Assembly (NCBI RefSeq): GCF_009914755.1
Contig: NC_060936.1
Length of the DNA stretch: 64,000 nucleotides
Direction: 5' to 3' (one strand)
Source: the human T2T-CHM13v2.0 reference genome, Homo sapiens
The number at the start of each line of letters is the position of its first letter. Position 1 is the first letter of the stretch. A program made the translations under genes and the position numbers. This document shows, in pieces, positions 27,733-53,312 of the stretch. Below the pieces are notes generated by a model. The model was not told where the DNA came from. It saw nothing but the letters and a program-made list of their open reading frames with translations, and did not search any database.

Positions 27733-28149
27733 ATGAGCTTCACCACTCGCTCCACCTTCTCCACCAACTACCGGTCCCTGGGCTCTGTCCAGGCGCCCAG
27801 CTACGGCGCCCGGCCGGTCAGCAGCGCGGCCAGCGTCTATGCAGGCGCTGGGGGCTCTGGTTCCCGGATCTCCGTGTCCCGCTCCACCAGCTTCAGGGGC
27901 GGCATGGGGTCCGGGGGCCTGGCCACCGGGATAGCCGGGGGTCTGGCAGGAATGGGAGGCATCCAGAACGAGAAGGAGACCATGCAAAGCCTGAACGACC
28001 GCCTGGCCTCTTACCTGGACAGAGTGAGGAGCCTGGAGACCGAGAACCGGAGGCTGGAGAGCAAAATCCGGGAGCACTTGGAGAAGAAGGGACCCCAGGT
28101 CAGAGACTGGAGCCATTACTTCAAGATCATCGAGGACCTGAGGGCTCAG
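27733..28149 (+). CDS. KRT18: KRT18 coding exon 1 (head, coil 1A)
   Basis: acagcATGagc start; LNDRLASYL helix-initiation motif; donor CAG|gtaagg. Confidence 0.98.
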
Positions 28150-31100
28150 GTAAGGGGTAGGAGGGACCTCAACTCCCAGCCTTGTCTGACCCTCCAATTA
28201 TACACTCCTTTGCCTCTTTCCGTCATTCCATAACCACCCAACCCCTACTCCACCGGGAGGGGGTTGGGCATACCTGGATTTCCATCCGCGCACCTAGCCA
28301 CAGGGTCCCTAAGAGCAGCAGCTAGGCATGGGAGGGCTCTTTCCCAGGAGAGAGGGGGAAGGGGACAGGGTTGAGAGCTTTACAGAGGAAGTGGACAGCA
28401 TGGAGGGAGGTAAGGAAAGGCCTGTAAAGAGGAGGAGACACTGGCTCTGGCGGAATGGGGACTATTGGAGGGTTAAGCGGATGTGGCTAAGGCTGAGTCA
28501 TCTAGGAGTAAACAAGAGGCCTTCCTTTGGGAGGAGCCAATCCAGGGTGTAGGGGGCCCAGAGTGACCAGGTGCACTAGGGAAAAAATGCCAGGAGAGGG
28601 CCAGGAAGAGGACTTGTTAGTAGCGACTCACTTCTGGGCAGGCAGGCCAGCCAGCTAGCCAGCCTGCTGAGGCTTCCCAAGAGGGGCAGAGTGCTGGGAT
28701 CTGGGAATCCAGGAAAGGAGGGAATGGGGTGGGGCTAGATGAAAAGGGATAGGTGTCCAGGGAGAGCCTCTGGCTATTCCTGGGACCAGGAAGTTTTCAC
28801 TAGGATACATAACACTTTTTACACACTCACCCCACCCATCCCTGGCTTTCTATTCATGGAACAACCTCTCTCTACAATCCCTCCAGATCTTCGCAAATAC
28901 TGTGGACAATGCCCGCATCGTTCTGCAGATTGACAATGCCCGTCTTGCTGCTGATGACTTTAGAGTCAAGTAAGTTTGGGGGCTAGAGAGCTGGGGGTCC
29001 AGGGGTGGAGCTAAGAAGGATCTGCTCCCCAGGCTGGGTCAGTTAGGGGCTCACAGTGGGATCCTGTTAGGTGTGGGTGGATGAGAGTCAGGGTCCATCA
29101 GTGTATTCATTTAACTGTTCATTTGTATAACCCCGTTTAAGAATACTGTCCTCCAAGTGCCAAGAATGGTGCTCAGGGGATTACCACCTAATTGCTGACT
29201 CAAGTTGCTGGTTTGCAATGGGCACAGAACTTCTCTTAGTAGGTGGCATGAGTTGAGAAGGTTCTGGATCAGAGATAGGGGCCCCTCTGATCACCTCCAC
29301 TCCTATAGGTATGAGACAGAGCTGGCCATGCGCCAGTCTGTGGAGAACGACATCCATGGGCTCCGCAAGGTCATTGATGACACCAATATCACACGACTGC
29401 AGCTGGAGACAGAGATCGAGGCTCTCAAGGAGGAGCTGCTCTTCATGAAGAAGAACCACGAAGAGGCAAGCAGGGGCCACTGGCCAGGCCAGGGATTGAG
29501 GGGCCAAGAGAAGTCTGGGTCGGAGAATAGACAAGACAAACCAACTGCAAGTAGCCTTGCTAAGACGTTTAGAAATAGCAGCCTGGGCTCTTCTTAAATA
29601 AGACCGTTCTGATGAAGAGCATTCTCAGGGGGTCGAGTACACCCTGGCTCACCTGAATTACAGGTCAAAATGATATGGGTTAGAAAATGAGATGAGAACA
29701 GAAGTAGAAGCAGCTAACACTAGGAGCTGGGGGTGATAAAGGAATGACAGCAGATGGAGTTGGCAGCGCTTCCTAAAAGATGGTAGAAGGAGCAGGTTTG
29801 TGAAGGGGAGGGTGGATAAAGGAACAGGGTGAAGTTACAGAGAAACCATCAGTGAGTGGGTGGCATTTCTACCCACTGGAGTAGAAAGGCCAGAACTGGC
29901 ATTGCCCTGAGTGCAAGCCAAGGGGTTCCTCCTGTCTCTTCTCCAACTGTAGGCCTCCTAGAAGAGGCAATCACAGAAGAAAGGCCTTGTTGGAGCTCTG
30001 ACCCTGAACCCTCCTCACTTTTGCCCCTGTCACCTTTAGGAAGTAAAAGGCCTACAAGCCCAGATTGCCAGCTCTGGGTTGACCGTGGAGGTAGATGCCC
30101 CCAAATCTCAGGACCTCGCCAAGATCATGGCAGACATCCGGGCCCAATATGACGAGCTGGCTCGGAAGAACCGAGAGGAGCTAGACAAGTACTGGTCTCA
30201 GCAGGTGCGTGAGGGGAGGGGATGGCTGCCAAGGTGTGGGAGGGAGGCAGACGGAATGAGGGGCCTGATGGACTGTCCCCATCCTGCAGATTGAGGAGAG
30301 CACCACAGTGGTCACCACACAGTCTGCTGAGGTTGGAGCTGCTGAGACGACGCTCACAGAGCTGAGACGTACAGTCCAGTCCTTGGAGATCGACCTGGAC
30401 TCCATGAGAAATCTGGTGAGTGCCTTCACATCACCTGCCCAGCTCCTCCTTCACTTGGCCTCAGACCCAACCCTGTCTCAACCCAAATCCTATCCCTCAT
30501 ATCATGAGTTCCTTTAGCTCAGAAAGAGTCAGTTTCCTCTTTGCATTTCCCTCCACTCCTATCCCTTATCCCAGTACTTGGCACATAGCAGGTGCCCAAA
30601 AAAGTTTCCAAAAGTGAAGGGATGAGCAGTCCTGGGACTCTGGGCTCACCCTGCCCCTCCTCTCTGTGCCCCTGCAGAAGGCCAGCTTGGAGAACAGCCT
30701 GAGGGAGGTGGAGGCCCGCTACGCCCTACAGATGGAGCAGCTCAACGGGATCCTGCTGCACCTTGAGTCAGAGCTGGCACAGACCCGGGCAGAGGGACAG
30801 CGCCAGGCCCAGGAGTATGAGGCCCTGCTGAACATCAAGGTCAAGCTGGAGGCTGAGATCGCCACCTACCGCCGCCTGCTGGAAGATGGCGAGGACTTTA
30901 AGTGAGTGGGGCTCTCCTACCCACACGTGCTGGGATCAGGAGATCACTTCTCCCCAAAGTCTGAGCTTTTGGAAGCACCCCATGTGTCTGTTCACTGGTA
31001 TCCACTGAGCACTGGGCCGTTGCTCCGTGGGTGCTCCTGTGTCTTCAAGGGAGTAACAGTTACAGAGGTCTCCCCCTTGAAGAAAGCAAACTAAGTATTG

Positions 31101-31401
31101 TCCCTAGCTGTACTTAGTATGCAAATGAAGTTTGGCCTTGAGTTTCCCTTTTCTGGAGGAAGAGGCTGAGGGTGATTTGGAGATAAAGGTAGAGGTCAGG
31201 AGGCTTTTTCCCTCTACCTTTCTTGTCTCCCTTCTACTCCACGGGGCTGTTTATAACTTGGGCTTGGTCTTCTGTTACAGTCTTGGTGATGCCTTGGACA
31301 GCAGCAACTCCATGCAAACCATCCAAAAGACCACCACCCGCCGGATAGTGGATGGCAAAGTGGTGTCTGAGACCAATGACACCAAAGTTCTGAGGCATTA
31401 A
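27733..31401 (+). CDS. KRT18: Keratin, type I cytoskeletal 18, 430 aa; join(27733..28149,28887..28969,29309..29465,30040..30204,30290..30415,30678..30901,31281..31401)
   Basis: Translation [18 protein letters not shown]...LNDRLASYL...[11 protein letters not shown]...DTKVLRH* is K18. Exon lengths 417+83+157+165+126+224+121=1293 nt keep the frame. Caspase sites VEVD and DALD are present. Confidence 0.99.
28274..28425 (-). other. KRT8: Probable non-coding distal 5' exon of KRT8, antisense within KRT18 intron 1
   Basis: - strand donor CAG|GTATGC at 28274/28273. I recall KRT8 variants initiating in KRT18 intron 1. Upper boundary is uncertain. Confidence 0.5.
28476..28500. promoter_or_regulatory. 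KRT18 intron-1 enhancer (ETS + AP-1 composite)
   Basis: CGGATGT ETS core at 28478-28484 and TGAGTCA at 28494-28500; this is the established Ras-responsive K18 enhancer. Confidence 0.85.
28887..28969 (+). CDS. KRT18: KRT18 exon 2 (83 nt)
   Basis: Acceptor ccctccag|ATC; [27 protein letters not shown]; donor AA|gtaagt. Confidence 0.98.
29309..29465 (+). CDS. KRT18: KRT18 exon 3 (157 nt)
   Basis: Acceptor cctatag|G; [15 protein letters not shown]...KKNHEE; non-canonical donor GAG|gcaagc. Confidence 0.97.
30040..30204 (+). CDS. KRT18: KRT18 exon 4 (165 nt; linker L12 with VEVD caspase site)
   Basis: Acceptor cctttag|GAA; [22 protein letters not shown]...YWSQQ; donor CAG|gtgcgt. Confidence 0.98.
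30290..30415 (+). CDS. KRT18: KRT18 exon 5 (126 nt)
   Basis: Acceptor cctgcag|ATT; [11 protein letters not shown]...SMRNL; donor CTG|gtgagt. Confidence 0.98.
30678..30901 (+). CDS. KRT18: KRT18 exon 6 (224 nt; helix-termination motif)
   Basis: Acceptor cctgcag|AAG; KASLENSL...[15 protein letters not shown]; donor AA|gtgagt. Confidence 0.98.
30764..30770. promoter_or_regulatory. AP-1 site inside coding exon 6
   Basis: TGAGTCA across codons CTT GAG TCA; an exon-6 regulatory element has been described for K18. Confidence 0.6.
31281..31401 (+). CDS. KRT18: KRT18 exon 7 coding part (tail, DALD site, stop)
   Basis: Acceptor gttacag|T; [42 protein letters not shown]. Confidence 0.98.
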
Positions 31402-31440
31402 GCCAGCAGAAGCAGGGTACCCTTTGGGGAGCAGGAGGCC

Positions 31441-31446
31441 AATAAA
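31441..31446 (+). terminator. KRT18: KRT18 polyadenylation signal
   Basis: AATAAA 40 nt after the stop, followed by a GU/U-rich element (ctttgtcttcttttggctgtttt) at ~31471-31493. Confidence 0.92.
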
Positions 31447-32081
31447 AAGTTCAGAGTTCATTGGATGTCACTTTGTCTTCTTTTGGCTGTTTTCATTGTG
31501 CACAAATGCCCTAACCCAACAGTCCCATCCCTGATCCAGCAGAAACCACCTCTGACCCCTGAGGGTTTCATATAGATTGGGGTGTAGAAGGAAGAGGGAT
31601 CTGTATTCTTGGAAACACTTCTGAGAGACAGAGGAGGGAGCAGTAGATGTGATGGGTCACAGGCTGTGGGGATCCCTACAAGGGAATTGTGGAATCTTTG
31701 CCTTGAAGCGATCTGGTGTTCAAAAGGTCCCTGACTGATCATTAGCAGAAATCTGAACCAGAGGAGGAAATTAGGCCAAAGACAGAGGACAGAGGAGACA
31801 GGGAGACACATCTGGCCCTCCCCTACCCTGCTGCTTTATGCCCTTGGCCCACTGCCCAGGGCTTCCCACCCACAGTTTTTTCCTCCAACCCCAGGCCATA
31901 CTCATCCTCCAAACCTATGGTGCCCTCAACTCTGTTCATTCACTCAACGGAGATATGATTTTTAGGGTGCTAGAGGTCTGGCTAGAAGTTGAGTAAATGA
32001 TCATGGAAGTTCCCATCTAGGAAAGAGGTGCCCCTGAGTAAGCACCCGTATAGGTAAGGATGGGCATCTTAAAACTAACCG

Positions 32082-35554
<3,473 letters not shown>

Positions 35555-35949
35555 ATCTTGATCTTTAGTAGCTTTGTTTTTGCAAAAAACAGACACCAGC
35601 CAACGTTATAGGATGCGCAGCTGACTGAAGGTAAAACAGGAAGTCCCTGGGGAGCCTGAGCAGTACTTGCAGCTGAGTCAAGCTGATCAGAGTAATCCAA
35701 GACGATGCACCTGATACGATTAGCCCTCCCATTAGACAATGTCTCACAGTTCCCAGGGTGCTTATGCATTTGATCCTCATTACAATCCTGTGAGGTATGC
35801 AAGGCTGTGGGTATTATTGGCTCTGGCTCTGAGAGTTGGATACTGAGGTCCACAGGCATCATGCAACTTGTCTGAGGTCACAGAGCTGGAAGCTTAAAGC
35901 AGGAACCACATCTCCAGGTTCCCAGTCCGCAGGTCTTTCCTCTGTGTGC

Positions 35950-36120
35950 TATAACTTAACTGTGCGGGCTGCACAATAGAATCCCCGGGAAGCTTTACAA
36001 ACAATACTGAGGCCTGGGTCCCAGCACCAGAGATTCTGATTCAGGTGTTTGGAGGGCAGGACTCAGGGCAAATGTTTGAAAAGCTCCCTAGGTGACTCCA
36101 ATAGGCAGGCAAGGTTGGGG
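35950..36120. mobile_element. MER5A-like hAT-Charlie DNA transposon relic
   Basis: ggctgcacaatagaatccccgggaagcttt...ccagagattctgattca...aaaagctccctaggtgactccaat. Confidence 0.65.
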
Positions 36121-36156
36121 GCCAGACCCAAGCTGTACCTGGGGTTTGCAGCATGA

Positions 36157-40970
<4,814 letters not shown>

Positions 40971-41652
40971 CAGTAGTTGGAATGGATTGGCATTCAGCTC
41001 CATTCCAAATTGGTACCTTTCTGCTTCAGAAACCAAAGAGCTAAAAAGTGCATTTCCCAGATGTCCTTGCAGCTAGGAAGTGAATTATGTCGCACTAATT
41101 AGATGCAGATGAATACGATTCGGAAAGTGGAAGTGAGGTGAAGACCCTCCTCTGCTGCTTTGATTGTTCCTGCTAGCACGTCTGGTCATGAGGCTGTGGG
41201 ATTTTTCTGGAGCAGTGTCCAGTGTCCAGTCATTTGCTTTGTAGGTATTGAGTATTGTGAGACAGTTGAACCACAAGGAGCAGTAGTGGTTTCCTGATCC
41301 ATGGATCACAGCTGCAATTTGTGTTCATGGGTTCAGTCAGCTTCAGGATCCCCACCAGCTAGAGTAGTTTATTTCCTGCAACTAGAATTCAGGATGATAC
41401 CTTCAAGGAAGGGATCTGAGAGTGGATATCTGAAGTCTCAGTTATCACATGTAATGACAAAATGAATAAATTAATTTACTACCTGGGATCACCAGGAATG
41501 ACTGGCCTATTGAAGGTAAGGCTTTGGCAGGCTACACACTGTTGAGATTAAATCGTTATGGTGGGGAAAGGAAATCAAAGGCCCTGGTGTGGTCTGCCTG
41601 CTTAACTGCACTGGTGAGCTTAAAGAATTAAAAAAAAAAAAAAAAAAAAAAA

Positions 41653-43027
<1,375 letters not shown>

Positions 43028-43639
43028 AAGAGTATCTTTTATGTACAACTATTATGTACCCGTAAAAATATTTTTGAATGAATAAATTTATTTTACTCAT
43101 AAAAAAACTGAGGCCCAGAGGGTGACTGACTCAAGGTCACAGAGATAGTGACAGGGCTGGGACAAGGATTCAGAGTGTAGAGCTTCTCAGCTTTTCTCAC
43201 TCTGGTGGGTGACCCAGACCACGTGCAATGGGAATGTTGCTGACTTCATCTTCCTTCATCAAGAGTTGCTGGGGCTTCCCCAAGGGCTGGGAGTGGAGAG
43301 AGGCCGCAGGCCAGGGCCAGGGACTGGGTGGAGCTGGGAGTGAGTGTCTGTGCACGACCCTTCTCATCTCTGGTGAGCATAACCAGATTGGGACAGGCCT
43401 TCAGAGAAGGAAGGGGCAGGGGCAGTCGTGGCACCTGGGAAGAGGACACTGGAATTCTGTGCTCAGCTTACAATAATATCAAACCTTATGTAGCACTTAC
43501 CCTGGGCCAGATAGGGTCCTAAAAGCTTGACATATATTAATTCATTTAATCCTCCCAACAATCCCAAGAATGCACTCTCTTTAGCCCTATTTTAGGAGCG
43601 AGGAAATGAAGGAGCTGAGAGGTTAAGGGACTTGCCCAG

Positions 43640-44330
43640 GAACGCCAGTTCGCCAGTGGCTTGCCAGGGATTTGAGCCTGGAGAGTCTCACTCTCTGTCC
43701 GCATCTCAGTCGCGCTGATCTCGGCCACACGTAGGTCCATAGGCTGGTCCTCCCTCACGAGTGGCCTCCGCGAGCCCCTGGCCCCTGGAGCGCCCTCCTC
43801 CCAGCCACCAGACCCTCTGAGGCCTGACTCCTGGCTAGGCGGGGCTAAGGGGCGAGGAGAGCTGGGGGACAAAGCCCCTTTATGTCGGGGTGGGATTCCC
43901 CTTAAAGCCACTGCCAAGACGGAACAGGATGGGGGACAGAGAGGGACTGGGGGAAGGCGCCAAAGCCCGGGACCGAGGAGGAGAGGGGAGGAGGTGGACT
44001 CTACTCGAGGGAGGATCCGAGGGCGGGCAAGCGGAACCCTCCTCCTTAAAGATCTCGCAGTGAGGTTAGGGAGCTGCTCCCCGGCTCTGGGAAGCCGCTA
44101 TCCTGCCCATACCCTCCTTTCTCTCCGCTGCTGCCCCTGCCTCGCTCCCGCGCGCTCCCATTGGGTGGTGCCTGGGTGTCCCCGGCTCGGCAGCTGCGGC
44201 TGCTTCCCAGCCCCGGGGTCTCAGGGCCGTCCCGCCGGTCCCAGGGCACCGCTCCTGTGCCCCACGCCGCCGCTTCCCCAGTTGCCCCCTGACTGCAAGA
44301 GTCTCCTGGTTTTCGGCTTGTCCTGGGACT
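43640..44330. promoter_or_regulatory. CpG/GC-rich island with no associated gene in the window
   Basis: Non-Alu sequence with abundant CpG (cgcgagcccc, cccgcgcgctcc, cgccgccgc); GGGCGG box near 44021; GGGATTCCCC at 43892-43901. Confidence 0.7.
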
Positions 44331-44519
44331 CCTGGGAGAGCCCACCGAGAGTTCTGGGGCACCTGCAACCTCCCTCGTCTCCTAAGAGGGTGGGGGAGTT
44401 CTTTTCTAAATATCATAAACCTCAAGGGGAAAAACCAAGGGGTGTATGTGTGCACGTTTGGGGTAATATTTGAGTATTAAAAAACAACCTTCCTCCCAAA
44501 ATAAATATATGAATAATAA

Positions 44520-48330
<3,811 letters not shown>

Positions 48331-49519
48331 TTTTCTTTTTAAGGAAAAAAAGAAAAATAAAATCTCATCTTAATCTGCTCCATTTTTTTTTCTTTTTAAA
48401 GAAACTTTCCCAAGTCACTTAAACAGTCTTCGTAATGGGAAGGCACTCAAACTATAAATCTCCCTGTCATTTAGGAATGCTCAGTGCAAATGTTTATAGA
48501 ACCCGGGCACCACTTTCAACCTCTCCTTTGAAGAAGGGCTTTGTAATCCTCCTCTGGGGTCACTCCTACATTCCAAAAATGTTCAGGAAAGGAGGGGAAG
48601 GTGCCCACCAGTGGGACAGCTTAGACCCAGGTCCCCACCCTCAGGTTCGGCCCTAAGAACATAAAGATACAAGAAAGGTCACGAGGTTAATTCAAAGCCA
48701 AGGAATGTCATGGCAGTAAATGCTGCAGGTGTTCACGGGGAGGATGATGGCCATGATTTGTGGCAGAAGTGAAACCTGAGGGATGCTAAGACTTGTGCAG
48801 TGGGAAAGGTGAGAAAATAATGAGAACAAAGTCCCCAAGGCTTGGCTGCATGCCTGGCAGCTAGTAGGTACTGCATAAATACAAGTTCATTGGCTCTCCT
48901 TGAGTTGTCTGGCTGGGGTCCCAGAGACTGAAACTTTGCTCTTGGCTGCAGCAGGGGCAAGATCGCAGGGGTGGGTACATGCCAAGCCCCAGGCAGCACA
49001 TCACCAGAGAGATAATCTTGAGCTGGTGGGAGCAGCCAGGCATGCAGTGGGGCTGAGCTGAGCCAAAGCACAAAACAAAAAGGTCTCATCCCTGTGGCTA
49101 TAATCAAGGATGCCAACCCTCCGGCTGCCCCAAGACCCCAAGCCTAGATAAGGAGACAGCATCCTGCCTGAAGAGTGTGGCTCTGTCCAGTCGGGGTCTC
49201 AAAGGCCTACTGCCCACTTTGGTGCTGCCTTTAGCCCTGTCTAGCACCAGACCCAGCCACAAGGAGCACCTCAAGACTATGGCATACTTCTGTTGACCGG
49301 ATGGTCACAGCCGTGGTCAAATCAAAGCCTTCTTGGGGTTCCCTGGAGCTGTCACTCATCTGCCACCACTTTCAGGCCTCTGTCACCCTAACCCAGCCCT
49401 TCAACACAAGTTCTCTGGCTTCTTCAAGCTCCTATCAAGTAATACAAAATCACCCTTAAAAGGCTCTATAGTATTGTTCAATTCCTTATCTAATACTTTC
49501 AAACCCCAAAAAACTCTGA

Positions 49520-53013
<3,494 letters not shown>

Positions 53014-53197
53014 GGGGGTAGGGGGAACTTATAGTCATCTATGCATATAATACACAAAATGCAAATTATACACCAAATAGCAGAATATAATCAGTACGGG
53101 GTTAGTGGTAACAAGGGCTGGCAGGGGCTGTGGGAGGAGTTTGTGTCCTCACTCTGCCCTCCCCTCTCCAGCTGGGTATTTCTGCTCCTGCCCCTGT

Positions 53198-53208
53198 TCT
53201 CTCTCTGT

Positions 53209-53282
<74 letters not shown>

Positions 53283-53312
53283 TTTGTCTGTTTCTCTCTC
53301 TCTCTCTCTCCC
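53198..53312 (+). repeat. (TC)n(TG)25(TC)n compound microsatellite
   Basis: Uninterrupted TG run at 53231-53280 flanked by TC runs. Confidence 0.97.

Larger units (their letters stand above)
27400..28150. promoter_or_regulatory. KRT18: KRT18 CpG-island promoter with GC boxes and TATA-like element
   Basis: Dense CpG; several GGGGCGG (Sp/KLF) boxes at 27546-27636; GATATAA at 27647-27653, about 80 nt upstream of the ATG. Confidence 0.9.

Noticed and set aside
27412-28197. 261-aa antisense ORF over KRT18 exon 1
   Set aside because: Typical shadow of GC3-rich coding sequence and a CpG island; no recognisable domain and no ATG at the annotated start
27733-31401. Possibility that this is one of the many KRT18 processed pseudogenes
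   Set aside because: Has six introns, an intact frame, and its promoter and enhancer; it is the parent gene
43994-44473. Overlapping 99-159 aa ORFs in the downstream CpG island
   Set aside because: Expected stop-codon scarcity in GC-rich DNA; no recognisable protein features
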